From: Candidatus Obscuribacterales bacterium
GTDB lineage: Bacteria; Cyanobacteriota; Vampirovibrionia; Obscuribacterales; Obscuribacteraceae
Length of the DNA stretch: 64,000 nt
Assembly (NCBI GenBank): GCA_965228855.1
Contig: CBDDIJ010000003.1
Location: 960,001 to 1,024,000, forward strand
Reading direction: 5' to 3'
The position numbers and the translations under genes are program-made. Of the stretch, positions 1-10,271 are shown piece by piece. Below the pieces are notes generated by a model that saw only the letters and a list, made by a program, of their open reading frames with translations, made no database searches and was not told the DNA's origin. Position 1 is the stretch's first letter. The number at the start of each line of letters is the position of its first letter.

Positions 1-148
1 CAAGCGGTGTGCCACCCGGGTCCCGAGTGACTAAGTGAGGCACATCCAGGTTGGTGAGCGCCTTCGACAACAACTTTACCTGTGTCGTTTTGCCGGCTCC
101 CTCCGGACCTTCCAGCGTTATGAACGTGCCCGGATATGTGTCGTTCAA
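1..148 (-). CDS. tmk: Thymidylate kinase, 5' part (runs off the window start)
   Basis: Not in the ORF track. Manual translation of the minus strand from TTG at 148 gives MNDTYPGTFITLEGPEGAGKTTQVKLLSKALTNLDVPHLVTRDPGGTPL, with the dTMP-kinase P-loop (FITLEGPEGAGKTTQ) and the TRxPGGT motif. TTGA overlap with the stop of the upstream gene. Confidence 0.93.
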   Translation of the reverse strand, partial: MNDTYPGTFITLEGPEGAGKTTQVKLLSKALTNLDVPHLVTRDPGGTPL

Positions 149-951
149 TTCAGCAGTGCGTTCAGCTTTTCTTTTAGTGTCGGCCGGCAATCTAAGAAAT
201 CCTCCATACGATCGACGCTTTGCCCCTCTTTGTTGAGGAAGACGGCGATCGGCGCATCCTCGATATTGTACTTCTCCAGTAGCGGTTTGTTTTTGCTGTC
301 CTCAAATCTATATTTTTCGAAGCGGATTCGGCCCTGATAGGCGCGCTCTAAATCTTTATAAATTCCCTGGAGCTCGTTACTCGTGGCATCGTCGCTCAGC
401 ACCATGATCATCGTGCCGCGAGGAGCATCCACTGCCAGAGTCGGCTTTGGGTTCGAACTGGTTGGCTCAGGCGCACTTCGATTGGTCGACGATGATTGCT
501 TCGCGTCTCCCTGGGACGGTTTCGCGGCAGCGGCGATCGGTTTAGAACCGCCCAGAGCCGCCAAACCAGCATGCGCTCGCTTAGCAACTTCCGTATTCGG
601 TCCGGTGGCAGCCAGCAGATACTCTGCACGAGCGGCGGCGGCATTGTGCAGGTAGTGCATAGCCAGTGCCCGGTAGTAGTGGGCGGTTTGATTCTCGGGG
701 TGCCGAGAAATTATCCTGTCCACATGGATCATGACATTTAAATATCTTTTGGCGCTCAATTCCGTCTGCGCAAGCCTCAGCAGTGATTCTGTCTCCTGAT
801 CACTTGAAGCGTTTGGCGGCTCATCTTTGGCTAAACCGTATTCGCTTGCCGCGAATGTTAGCAGTAAGAGTGCCGCGAGCAAGGTTGTGCCTCGTTTATG
901 AGACGTCGAAACCGGCTTATTATCTTGATTCCAGCAAGTCTTTCCAGGCAT
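145..951 (-). CDS. Exported TPR plus thioredoxin-like fold protein (no CxxC)
   Basis: Hydrophobic signal-like segment (TLLAALLLLTFAAS), TPR-like helices (AHYYRALAMHYL), Pro/Ser linker, C-terminal Trx-like segment (LLEKYNIEDAPIAVFLNKEG). Start codon uncertain; the ORF extends to 1005. Confidence 0.7.
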   Translation of the reverse strand: MPGKTCWNQDNKPVSTSHKRGTTLLAALLLLTFAASEYGLAKDEPPNASSDQETESLLRLAQTELSAKRYLNVMIHVDRIISRHPENQTAHYYRALAMHYLHNAAAARAEYLLAATGPNTEVAKRAHAGLAALGGSKPIAAAAKPSQGDAKQSSSTNRSAPEPTSSNPKPTLAVDAPRGTMIMVLSDDATSNELQGIYKDLERAYQGRIRFEKYRFEDSKNKPLLEKYNIEDAPIAVFLNKEGQSVDRMEDFLDCRPTLKEKLNALLN

Positions 952-1268
952 GTTCGTATCCTTGAGGCGGCTAGCCATGCGCAGACAATTGATGCAGTCG
1001 AGCAATATTGTCCATCTTCTTGCGCCATTTTTCCATCATGGCGAGGCTCGTGCGATGCACTCGCCGTGCTATCATTAGCGACCTTAACGGGAATCAAGAT
1101 TTGCTGTCGCATCACTTGTAATCTCGTTGACGGCTGAACGGTTTCAATGAGCGGGTCCACTGACTGATGGACGCCTGCTGTCTCGTTTGGAAACCTCAGC
1201 TTAGCGTGTGGCAATACACGCGACCGATGAATCTGTGTAGAACGACTTTTGGAGCGAGGTTAGAGGCA

Positions 1269-2771
1269 ATGGCTATGACATTGGCAGCACCCAAGGTGAA
1301 GGTAGACCGAGCGTGGCAACTGTACATCGACGGTAAATTCGTCGATGGTGGCTCAACACGCGAGCTAATCAACCCGGCTGACGGCAAGGTTCTCTGCAAA
1401 GTGCAAGAAGGAACGGCCAAGCACGCTGAAGCTGCGATCAAGGCGGCTCGCAAGGCATTCGACGAGGGTCCGTGGCGCAAGAGCACTGCTGCAGAACGCG
1501 CAGCCCTCCTCTTCAAGCTCGCTGACAAGATCGATGAGCATGCAGAAGAATTGGCAGAGCTTGAAACTCTTAACTGCGGAAAGCCGCTTAGAGAAGCACG
1601 TTTCGACATGGCTGACGCAGCGCAATGCTTCCGCTACTACGCAGGTCTGGCGACCAAGCCTAACGGTTTCACCGTAGAAGTGCCCGCACCATCGGTGACT
1701 TCGATTGTGCGTGAACCGATTGGTGTTTGTGGTCAAATTATTCCGTGGAATTTCCCAATGTTGATGGCGGCATGGAAACTGGCTCCAGCTCTGGCTGCCG
1801 GAAATACCTGCGTTTTGAAACCATCCGAGTTTACCCCTCTTACCGTAATCAGATTGGTTGAGCTTCTTGATGAATGTGGTCTTCCTCCGGGCGTCGTGAA
1901 CGTAGTTCTGGGGCTCGGACCGGAGGTCGGACTGCCAATCGCTGAAAGCACTCTGGTGGACAAAATTGCTTTTACCGGTAGTGTGAAAACCGGAAAGGTG
2001 ATCGCTCAAGCCGCGCTCACCAACTTGAAAAAGGTAACTTTGGAACTTGGCGGCAAGTCTCCGATGGTCGTATTCAGCGACTTCGATATCGACACTGCAG
2101 TTGACTACGCACTCTTTGCAATTTACTGCAACGCCGGACAGGTTTGCTCTGCCGGTTCCCGCATCGTCGTCGAAGACAAAATTCACGACGAATTCGTCAA
2201 GAAAATGAGCGAGCGCGCCAAGAAGATCAAAGTGGGACCTGGAATTGATCCAGAAACCGAAATGGGACCGCTAGTCAGCGAGTCGCAATTCAAGCGCGTT
2301 CTCGAGTACATTGAAGTTGGTAAAAAGGAAGGCGCTAAACTTCAGTGCGGTGGTACGAAGTCCGAAGGTAAGGGGTTGAACGAAGGCTTCTATATCAATC
2401 CGACGATTTTCTCTGACACCAAGCGCGATATGCGTATCGTTCAAGAAGAGATCTTCGGACCAGTTGCGGTTATTCAGAAGTTCTCGGATGAAAAGGAAGC
2501 TGTGGAGATCGCTAACGATTCCGCGTACGGTCTTGCCGGTGCGGTATTCACCAACGATATCACCCGTGCCAACCGTGTAATCAAGGCAATTCGTGCCGGT
2601 ATCACCTGGGTCAACGGCTATCACAACACATATAACGAGTGCCCATGGGGCGGCTACAAACAGAGCGGCTGGGGCAGAGAACTCGGCACGTTCGGTCTTG
2701 ACGCTTACACCGAGGTTAAACAAGTCAACATCAACCTGGAGCCAGTCGCAGTAGAGTGGTTCCAAAAGTAA
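1269..2771 (+). CDS. NAD-dependent aldehyde dehydrogenase (betaine/aminoaldehyde dehydrogenase-like)
   Basis: IIPWNFP, FTGS, LELGGKSP (catalytic Glu), GQVCSAGSR (catalytic Cys), EEIFGPV and PWGGYKQSG motifs. ATG 1269 follows GAGG. Confidence 0.93.
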   Translation: MAMTLAAPKVKVDRAWQLYIDGKFVDGGSTRELINPADGKVLCKVQEGTAKHAEAAIKAARKAFDEGPWRKSTAAERAALLFKLADKIDEHAEELAELETLNCGKPLREARFDMADAAQCFRYYAGLATKPNGFTVEVPAPSVTSIVREPIGVCGQIIPWNFPMLMAAWKLAPALAAGNTCVLKPSEFTPLTVIRLVELLDECGLPPGVVNVVLGLGPEVGLPIAESTLVDKIAFTGSVKTGKVIAQAALTNLKKVTLELGGKSPMVVFSDFDIDTAVDYALFAIYCNAGQVCSAGSRIVVEDKIHDEFVKKMSERAKKIKVGPGIDPETEMGPLVSESQFKRVLEYIEVGKKEGAKLQCGGTKSEGKGLNEGFYINPTIFSDTKRDMRIVQEEIFGPVAVIQKFSDEKEAVEIANDSAYGLAGAVFTNDITRANRVIKAIRAGITWVNGYHNTYNECPWGGYKQSGWGRELGTFGLDAYTEVKQVNINLEPVAVEWFQK

Positions 2772-2811
2772 TCACGACTTAAGTTCTGTGCTGCGCCAAA
2801 AGGGCGCATAT

Positions 2812-2851
2812 GGAGGGAGCCGCAAATTTGCTGGCTCCCTTCCCCGTTTTT
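2812..2851 (+). terminator. Probable intrinsic terminator after the aldehyde dehydrogenase gene
   Basis: GGAGGGAGCC-loop-GGCTCCCTTCC stem followed by CCGTTTTT. Confidence 0.65.
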
Positions 2852-3133
2852 CCTCATGTAAAACTTTCTCCTGCACCGTATCTGGTGCAAGTATAAATTT
2901 AGATTCTTCCTCAGTTCCAAATCGAGGGGATATCGAGAAATTCAGTACCCTTGGTGCCTCCGAGGGAGTGATTGCAATGTACATCTCCAACGATGCGACA
3001 AAGTTGCAATGGAGCGGTTCGTTTTCTTACCGTCAAGATTCTGGCCGGCTGACCTCTCAAGACGCTTTGCTAACTGTCGAAACTTTGCTATCCTGCGGGC
3101 GGGGAGCGCTTCTATGCGCTGAAATGAGGAGCG

Positions 3134-4246
3134 ATGGACCGAAAGTTACCCGTTGAAGTTAAACGTGACATCGACAGAGTCAGAAATGGGCTGTTAATGT
3201 CTTACGGTTTCATGCTTTCTTTCATCGGTATTTGTCTATATACCATTGTTCTCTTCGGTTTATCCGGCAACTACGCGCAAGTTGCGGTGCTGGGCTCGCT
3301 TCTTGCGCTGCTGACCATGCGGTGGCTTCCAGCCGGAATGTATTATCTGATTGAATGCACCACCGCAAATGATCTCGTAAACGAGCGATACGCGCGTGTG
3401 GAAGCTCGGTATGCGAAGGGTTTGCGCGTTCTTAAACGCTTGCCTTTTGCCGATAACTACTGGAAAGCCGCGATGCTGTTTCAAATTGGTCGTATGCGCA
3501 TGTTTCAAGGTTTTTTCGATGGGGCCGAGACGCCCATGGAGCAAGGAATAGAGATTGCTCTACGCGACAAGGGTCTGAAAAACTCGTCTTTCGTTGCTAT
3601 GTTGCATGCGAATCTCGGAGTTGCGTATGTTCGAGCACAGCGGATTGTCGAAGCTGAGATGCAGTTTGAGGAAGCGATGAATGCGTTTCCTCCTGAAAGT
3701 AAATTGAGCGCTTCTCAAAAACCGCTAATAGCCGCATGCAAAGCCTATGTGAACATCTCTATGGGGAGTTCGAAATTCGAACTGGGTGAATTAGACAACG
3801 CATACGAGCTCATCATGATTGGAATGACCGTGCTTCAAAGCGGAAAACCGCCTGCGCCTCTCCAGTTGATTCACGTAAGACAAACATTGATGCATTGTCA
3901 CGCGATGTTAGCGCTTATCGAAATGCGCAAAGGCCAGTTGAAGGAGGCGGATGAGCATTTCGAGCGTTTCATGACTGCGATGGTGACCGATCGTCCTCTG
4001 CTTACTTCTACGCATTTGCGCGTGCTGTCTTTGTTGGCTGATGAGTATCTTCAGCGGGAGATGTACGAGAAGTCCGAGAAACTGCTGGAAGGTGCTTACA
4101 GAGTTGGTCTTGAGTCACCGCATCATCCGGATGCGCAACTCCTGCTGAATATCTTTGAAAAGCTGCTTGTGGCGACTGGGCGAGCAGGCGAGGTTGGGGA
4201 TATGCGTTCGTGGCTGAGGGTTGGAAGCGAAATCGTTATCGTGTAG
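3134..4246 (+). CDS. Membrane-anchored TPR-repeat protein
   Basis: Two N-terminal hydrophobic helices followed by TPR-like helices (HANLGVAYVRAQRIVEAEMQFEEA). Confidence 0.7.
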   Translation: MDRKLPVEVKRDIDRVRNGLLMSYGFMLSFIGICLYTIVLFGLSGNYAQVAVLGSLLALLTMRWLPAGMYYLIECTTANDLVNERYARVEARYAKGLRVLKRLPFADNYWKAAMLFQIGRMRMFQGFFDGAETPMEQGIEIALRDKGLKNSSFVAMLHANLGVAYVRAQRIVEAEMQFEEAMNAFPPESKLSASQKPLIAACKAYVNISMGSSKFELGELDNAYELIMIGMTVLQSGKPPAPLQLIHVRQTLMHCHAMLALIEMRKGQLKEADEHFERFMTAMVTDRPLLTSTHLRVLSLLADEYLQREMYEKSEKLLEGAYRVGLESPHHPDAQLLLNIFEKLLVATGRAGEVGDMRSWLRVGSEIVIV

Positions 4247-4486
4247 CTGAAATTGGCTTCGGCTTTAGCTTTCTTCGTTTTCACTCATATTTTGCATGCG
4301 ATGTCTTTATAAATAGGTTTGATAATGAGATTGTTCAAATCAGGCTATTTGTATGAGCGTTATTTTATTTCTCGTCTGACGCAGATGTCGAAGAGGCGCG
4401 GGTGGAGCGCTATTCGCTTGACAATGGTGGTTGTCCCTCAAAAATTTCCCTAGTTCAAAGCCGGCAACATCTGGCGCGGGAACACC

Positions 4487-4514
4487 TTGGCATGCTGGGG
4501 TGTCATGATACAAT
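4487..4514 (+). promoter_or_regulatory. Candidate sigma70 promoter for the bamA operon
   Basis: TTGGCA (4487-4492), 16-nt spacer, extended -10 TGaTACAAT (4506-4514), about 30 nt before GTG 4543. Confidence 0.4.
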
Positions 4515-4542
4515 GGCGCACGGCCTGCACGGTAGGGCATTT

Positions 4543-6606
4543 GTGTTTAAACTCGATATAGAAAAGAACAATAAGAATCGCTCGCGGTTCGTGACACTAA
4601 TGGCGGTGTCACTTATTCTGGGCAGCGCAGCAACACCTGTGATCTCTGCGCCTGTATGGGCGCAAAACGCAGCACCGAATCTTTTGCAGGGTGAGGTCGA
4701 GGACGATGAAAACGTTCCGGAATCAGACGCGCCTGCTTCCGGTGAATCCGCTCCTGCTGCCGGTTCTGAATCCGGCAAGAAAAAGCTGACTGTTGATGAG
4801 ATAAAAATCGAAGGCAACCGTTTGGTTTCCACCGAAGATATATCGAGTGTATTGAAAACCAAGCGCGGCGACGCATTCGTTAGAGAGCAGGTTTTTGATG
4901 ACCTCAAAGCGATCAACGAAATGGGATATTTCGATGAGAAACAGCTGCAAGTCGTTCCTGAACTGGCAAACGGCGGTGTCCTTCTTAAGATTCGAGTTGT
5001 TGAAAACGCGCCTGTGACGCAGTTCTCATTCCAGGGGAACGACGTCGTTAAGACTGAAGATATCTCGAAGATATTTTCCGACCAGCTTGGAAAACCGCAG
5101 AATTTGACGCAATTGTCCAGTTCTATCGACAAAGTCGAACAGATGTATCACGACAAGGGATTTGTGCTTGCACGCGTTACGGACGTCAAGGACTTCCCGG
5201 ATGGCAGCGTCAGTCTGACAATCAATGAGGGAACGATCGACGAAATCGAGATAAGCGGCAACAAGAAAACTAAAGACTATCTCATTCGCAATGGTCTGAA
5301 GTTGAAGCCTGGGACGGTTTATAACGAACAGCAGTTAGCTACTGACCTGAAAAAGCTTTACGCCAACGGTTACTTCCAGGACATTCGGCGCAGTTTGGCG
5401 CCATCGGAAGCGAACCCTGATAAGTTTGCCTTGAAAATCGAGGTTGACGAGAAGCGCACGGGAAGCGTCGGATTGGGTGGCGGTGTTGATTCCGTGGCCG
5501 GACCTTTTGGCTCGATGAGTTTCTCTGATTCTAACTTTCGCGGTCGGGGACAGGTTTTGTCATTCAACTCGCAAGTCGGCTCAGGTGTATTCGGTAATTT
5601 CAACAATACCGTAAACAACGGCGGCACAAGCTTTTTGCCTACACAGCGGACGTATCAAATCGAAGCAAGTTTTATCGAACCAAATCTTAAAGGCACGAAC
5701 ACATCCATGGCCGTCACTGGCTTTGGACGGAACTTTGCCAGCATGATGATCGATCAGTCTACGCAGAGAACGCTAGGCGCGAACGTCACATTCTCGAAAC
5801 CCTTGAAAAAAGGCTGGTCGACAAACGTTAGCTTGATGGGCGAAAACACAGGGTTGAAGGACCTCGGCGATTTGCTTGGGACCGACAGCATCATCAATTC
5901 CATGTCTCAGCGCGCTCTTGAGACCGGTCTTGCGTCCAGTCAAGCCGGTGCAAATGCTCTTGCCGGCTCGGTCCGAAAAGATCAGCTGCGCGGCGGTACA
6001 TTCTTCACAGTGAGTCCGTCTCTGACTTACGATACGCGAGACAGCGGCATCGACACCAAAAGAGGCACCAATGCCAGGTTTACGGCTGGTCCTTCCGTTG
6101 GTTTGAACGGAGCTAGTTTCGCTAAATTCGGCGGAAGCGTGAGCAAATACATGCAGCTCGGCAAAGGTTTCACACTTGCAACCAATATGCAGGGTGGAAC
6201 CGCCGTCGGCGGTATCCCGCAATTTGCCCAGTACAGGCTGGGCGGTTGGAACGGGCTGCGCGGCTACAGGCAATTTTCCGACCTGGGAACTGGAACCGCG
6301 ATGCTCATGGCTACGGCAGAAGTTCGCCATTCGCTGCCATTCCCGAAAGACTCTGCTGTTGGCCGTTTGGTAAACAAACATGTCCAGGCGGCAGCGTTCT
6401 TCGATGTTGGTCAGGTGACTGGAAACGGTCTGTCCAACGGACTTTTATCGAGATCTAACGTTGGCGCGTCGGTAGGTTTTGGTCTGCGCGTTAAGGTTCC
6501 CATGGTCGGGCTGGTGCGCCTCGATTACGGCTTACCGCTCATCCAATCGGTGCTGAATCGTGGTTTTGTACCTCGATTTACGGTTGGTTTTGGAGAGAAG
6601 TTTTAA
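4543..6606 (+). CDS. bamA: Omp85/BamA outer-membrane protein assembly factor
   Basis: Signal peptide, three POTRA-like repeats (IKIEGNRLV, FSFQGNDVV, IEISGNKKTK), barrel with the LGGWNGLRGY (VRGY-type) motif, C-terminal GFGEKF. GTG 4543 chosen for its RBS-like context; the ORF extends to 4402. Confidence 0.92.
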   Translation: MFKLDIEKNNKNRSRFVTLMAVSLILGSAATPVISAPVWAQNAAPNLLQGEVEDDENVPESDAPASGESAPAAGSESGKKKLTVDEIKIEGNRLVSTEDISSVLKTKRGDAFVREQVFDDLKAINEMGYFDEKQLQVVPELANGGVLLKIRVVENAPVTQFSFQGNDVVKTEDISKIFSDQLGKPQNLTQLSSSIDKVEQMYHDKGFVLARVTDVKDFPDGSVSLTINEGTIDEIEISGNKKTKDYLIRNGLKLKPGTVYNEQQLATDLKKLYANGYFQDIRRSLAPSEANPDKFALKIEVDEKRTGSVGLGGGVDSVAGPFGSMSFSDSNFRGRGQVLSFNSQVGSGVFGNFNNTVNNGGTSFLPTQRTYQIEASFIEPNLKGTNTSMAVTGFGRNFASMMIDQSTQRTLGANVTFSKPLKKGWSTNVSLMGENTGLKDLGDLLGTDSIINSMSQRALETGLASSQAGANALAGSVRKDQLRGGTFFTVSPSLTYDTRDSGIDTKRGTNARFTAGPSVGLNGASFAKFGGSVSKYMQLGKGFTLATNMQGGTAVGGIPQFAQYRLGGWNGLRGYRQFSDLGTGTAMLMATAEVRHSLPFPKDSAVGRLVNKHVQAAAFFDVGQVTGNGLSNGLLSRSNVGASVGFGLRVKVPMVGLVRLDYGLPLIQSVLNRGFVPRFTVGFGEKF

Positions 6607-6696
6607 AAAGCTGAGACAGTATCAGTGGTTGGACATTTTTGAATGTTGTAAGATGACCCAATTGGCAAGTCTGCTGACCACCGTGATTGGCTCACT

Positions 6697-7218
6697 ATGG
6701 AGATTAGAATGCTTAAGTTAAGCAAACCAACGATTCTTTTGGCTGGACTCTTCTTTGCGCAAGCCCTGGCAATGCCTGCGTTCGCTCAAGCGCAGAGTGT
6801 AGGTGTCGTGGACAAAGTAAAGCTATACAGTGCATATCCGCGCCTCAAATCAGCCGCTGATGAAATCAAAAAAGATGAGGAGCGCATTCACAAGCTCATC
6901 GAAAACAGCAACAAAGAATTTGATGTAGCGAAGAAAGCGAAGAAACCGGAAGCAGAACTCAACGCTCTGCATAAACGTCTTCAAACTCAAATCGACAGCG
7001 AGTTCAAGACCTTCCAGAACAAAGCTCTGAACATGGAAAAGGCACTAGAAACTGAACTCGACAACGCTATCAAAGCGGAAGCCACAGCGAAAAACGTAAC
7101 GACCGTTCTCGACAAGAGCGCAGTTCTTCTTGGCGGTACTGATATCACAGACGGTGTCTCGAAGAGACTCGCTGCTTCGCCGACGGTGACAGGTAGCGCT
7201 GACACACAGACCAAGTAA
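6697..7218 (+). CDS. skp: OmpH/Skp periplasmic chaperone
   Basis: Signal peptide, VGVVD N-terminal strand, coiled-coil body, C-terminal VLDKSAVLLGGTDITD. Lies directly after bamA. Alternative start 6709. Confidence 0.85.
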   Translation: MEIRMLKLSKPTILLAGLFFAQALAMPAFAQAQSVGVVDKVKLYSAYPRLKSAADEIKKDEERIHKLIENSNKEFDVAKKAKKPEAELNALHKRLQTQIDSEFKTFQNKALNMEKALETELDNAIKAEATAKNVTTVLDKSAVLLGGTDITDGVSKRLAASPTVTGSADTQTK

Positions 7219-7363
7219 TCAGTCAATTTTCGGCGGACCTTGAACCGTTGCTGCTTTGGCGCCCACTGCGATTCTTGCAGGCGTTGAGCTTAAGCAAAGT
7301 TCCCAGGTCCGCCGATTCGTTTAAACAGATAATGCAGACCTGACCAGGCTGCAAGGGGTAGAA

Positions 7364-8488
7364 ATGAAACTTCCAGTTCCCATGACGATGGCACAGATCG
7401 CTGGTTTTGTCGGCGGTACTCCCCATGGTGCTGCCGATACTCAAGTAACCGGTATCGCAGTTGATCCGCTCGAGGCGGTCGAAGGTGACATCGCACTTGT
7501 GATCGATAAACAGTTGATCGCCAAGATGAAAGACATCAAGGCAAGTGTTGTGATTTCGCCTGTGGGCACCGAGAAAGTTCATCCTGACCGAGCCATGATT
7601 CTTGTCGAAAGACCGAAGATGGCGATTCAAAAAATTTGTACCGCTCTGGCACCGAAGAGATTCCTTCCGGAAAAGGGGATTCACCCAACAGCCGTAATAG
7701 ATCCGACGGCGGAGATCGCAGAAGGCGCTCAAATCGGACCGTATGTAGTGGTTGGACCGCAGACCAAAATAGGTGCGGGAACCGTCGTCATGCCCAATAC
7801 CGTGATTGGCGGTAAGGTGGTGATTGGCGAGAAGTGTTTGATTCATCCAGGATGCTTGATTGCCGATTACGTGAAGATTGGAAATCGCGTGATTCTTCAA
7901 CAGGGAGCAAGTATCGGCAGCGATGGTTTCGGTTATACAACTGAGAAACCGGCCAATGCTGAACTGCTGGTTGCCGGTGTTAAAGAGTTGCCTGATGTGA
8001 GACAACCTCTGTTGAAGATACCGCAAACCGGTACTGTAATTATTGAAGATGATGTCGAAATAGGTTCAAACACAACTATTGACCGTGCCACCATTGGTGC
8101 TACCGTTATTGGAGCTGGAACCAAGATCGATAATCTTGTTCTGGTAGCGCACAACTGCAAGATTGGCAATGATGCAATCATCGTCGGTCAAACCGCAATC
8201 GGCGGCTCCTGTGTGATTGGAGATCGTTCCATCCTGGCGGGCGGCGTGCTCATGAAGGATCACGTGAAGGTCGGCAAGGATTCGATCATTGAGGGCGGTG
8301 CTGCTGTCATCAGAGAAGTGCCACCACAAGAAGTGCAGGTCGGAATCCCGGCTATTGGCGCACGTGAGTATTTCAAACAACTCGCGCATATTAAACGGCT
8401 GCCTAAGGTCAATGATGAAATCAAAGAACTGAAGGCACGTTTGGTTCAATTGGAAAAACAAATTCTCGAAAAATCGTTGAAGAGCTAA
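7364..8488 (+). CDS. lpxD: UDP-3-O-(3-hydroxyacyl)glucosamine N-acyltransferase
   Basis: Hexapeptide repeats, [53 protein letters not shown]. Confidence 0.95.
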   Translation: MKLPVPMTMAQIAGFVGGTPHGAADTQVTGIAVDPLEAVEGDIALVIDKQLIAKMKDIKASVVISPVGTEKVHPDRAMILVERPKMAIQKICTALAPKRFLPEKGIHPTAVIDPTAEIAEGAQIGPYVVVGPQTKIGAGTVVMPNTVIGGKVVIGEKCLIHPGCLIADYVKIGNRVILQQGASIGSDGFGYTTEKPANAELLVAGVKELPDVRQPLLKIPQTGTVIIEDDVEIGSNTTIDRATIGATVIGAGTKIDNLVLVAHNCKIGNDAIIVGQTAIGGSCVIGDRSILAGGVLMKDHVKVGKDSIIEGGAAVIREVPPQEVQVGIPAIGAREYFKQLAHIKRLPKVNDEIKELKARLVQLEKQILEKSLKS

Positions 8489-9303
8489 TGTCATTGCCAG
8501 CAACTTTAGGAAAACCTTTGAAGTCCTTCTCAGGACGTGGTATCACTTCTCGCCAGGACATCGGCGTTTCGCTGTACGAGGCAGAGCCGGGCACTGGCAT
8601 TGTTTTCATAATCAAGGATGCAAACTCGGACGAGAAAATTTTGCTTCCGGCAAAAGCCGATTATGTCGTAAACACGCTTAGAAATGTGGTGCTCGGACAG
8701 GGGCGGTCGCGCCTTTGTTTAGTCGAACATATTCTTTGTGCCGTCGCTCTGTCTAACATTGATGACCTCTACATCGAAGTTGAAGGTCCTGAAGTTCCGC
8801 TCGGGAATGGCAGTGGCGACCTCTGGATGGACCTGTTTCAGAGTGCTGGTTTAGTTAAGGAACTGCCAGCGGCGACTATCGAATTAAAGCATCCTGTTGT
8901 CGTGCACAGAAAGGATCGCAGTCTAATCGCGATTCCGGATGAAACGTTCTCCGTCACCTACTTGATGGATTATAAACATCCGAAAATCGGAAAAATCTGG
9001 AGAACGTGGACCACCGCGGATGGTACCGCTGAGATTCTGAACGCTCGCACGTTCGGATCGCTAGCCGAACATAAGATGCTCGGTTTAGAAGAACTTGTTG
9101 TGAGCATGACAGAAGATGGTTTCACTATGGATCTTCGTTGGGAAGATGAACCGGTGCGTCATAAATTGCTCGATCTGGTCGGCGATTTGATGCTCTGCGG
9201 TGTGAATCCTTTGAAGATCAAGGCGCGTTTCATCGGCATGAAGAGCGGTCACGAGATGGACGTTGACATGGCGAAGCAGTTGGCGACAGCAATTCAGGTT
9301 TAA
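8488..9303 (+). CDS. lpxC: UDP-3-O-acyl-N-acetylglucosamine deacetylase
   Basis: VEHIL, EVPLGNGS, ARTFG, EPVRHKLLDLVGDL and KSGH zinc/catalytic motifs. TAATG overlap with lpxD. Confidence 0.9.
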   Translation: MSLPATLGKPLKSFSGRGITSRQDIGVSLYEAEPGTGIVFIIKDANSDEKILLPAKADYVVNTLRNVVLGQGRSRLCLVEHILCAVALSNIDDLYIEVEGPEVPLGNGSGDLWMDLFQSAGLVKELPAATIELKHPVVVHRKDRSLIAIPDETFSVTYLMDYKHPKIGKIWRTWTTADGTAEILNARTFGSLAEHKMLGLEELVVSMTEDGFTMDLRWEDEPVRHKLLDLVGDLMLCGVNPLKIKARFIGMKSGHEMDVDMAKQLATAIQV

Positions 9304-10056
9304 CTAAGCGCTTTGTAGCGGTAGAGCGGGTGCGGTTATCGTTTCCCGTTCAAATATCACGCAAGGCCATTGCATCGGATCGACGAACGAGGCGCAGACG
9401 TGCCAGCCTTCTTCGCTACGGGCCTGAATTAAATCTTCCAGGCGTGTAGCCTGATTCTTGTAGAAACCGCCAAAAGCCTGATCGACAAGGTAGTCGTATG
9501 GTTGATCGTGTTCGTTTGTGACTGCAATCAGAACAGGTTTCAATCCCCCATGAATAACGCAGGCGAGCGACATTCCTCGAACCGTCTGGAGCTCAAACAG
9601 CGCTTCTTTGACCAGTTCGCGCTTCCGACCGAAGGCAGTAAGTGTGAGTGGAACGGCGACGACTTTTGATTCGGCGCATGAGTGGTTTACCTTTCTCAAA
9701 ACCGCTATCGGTTTACTTCCAAAATTCTCGATGATTGCGACAGGGACGAAGTTGTGTTTCAAACAGAGGTCGAGGTATTTGAGGGTAGAACGAACGCTTC
9801 CGAGTGATTCGTCGAAGGGGATTTCTCCGACACCGTAAACGGGTGGCTCGATGGCGTCCACTAACCGATGAAAGATAAGCTTCGACACACGCAATTCATC
9901 CTGGCAGACGTCTACGAGCTCCCAGCCCGCCTTTGCTCGGTCTGCGAGCACTCGTTTGATTGCTTCTACGTTTGATTCAGCCGGGCGGCGCCTGAGCGGC
10001 TCGATAAAATTTTCCAGACGCAAAAAACGTGTTGAGGTCGAAGCAGCATTTTCCAT
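9304..10056 (-). CDS. Hypothetical protein of four tandem DUF4177-like units
   Basis: Repeating helix-GW(E/H)(L/V)-strand units (RAKAGWELVDV ... RSEEGWHVCASF). ATG 10056 follows GGAGAGG. Confidence 0.6.
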   Translation of the reverse strand: MENAASTSTRFLRLENFIEPLRRRPAESNVEAIKRVLADRAKAGWELVDVCQDELRVSKLIFHRLVDAIEPPVYGVGEIPFDESLGSVRSTLKYLDLCLKHNFVPVAIIENFGSKPIAVLRKVNHSCAESKVVAVPLTLTAFGRKRELVKEALFELQTVRGMSLACVIHGGLKPVLIAVTNEHDQPYDYLVDQAFGGFYKNQATRLEDLIQARSEEGWHVCASFVDPMQWPCVIFERETITAPALPLQSA

Positions 10057-10271
10057 GTCGAAGCCCTCTCCAGACGGAGGTTCACTAACCTTATTGAGAC
10101 CGCATAGCATGAATATCCGCTGCCAGTGCTGCTTGTGCGGAGCCTGAATGTTTGGAAAGGTGATTCGCCCAGGCTCGCTTTCGCGTTTCCACGCTGGCAG
10201 TTTTACAAGCAGGTTGATTAATCGAGCGTGGGGGGAACATTGTAGAGACCACGAGCTGCCAGAAACCAGTT

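Noticed and set aside
2772..3156. Short ORFs between the aldehyde dehydrogenase and the TPR gene
   Set aside because: They cross the terminator hairpin and have no recognisable motifs.
7223..8026. 267-aa ORF antisense to lpxD
   Set aside because: Shadow of the hexapeptide-repeat gene.
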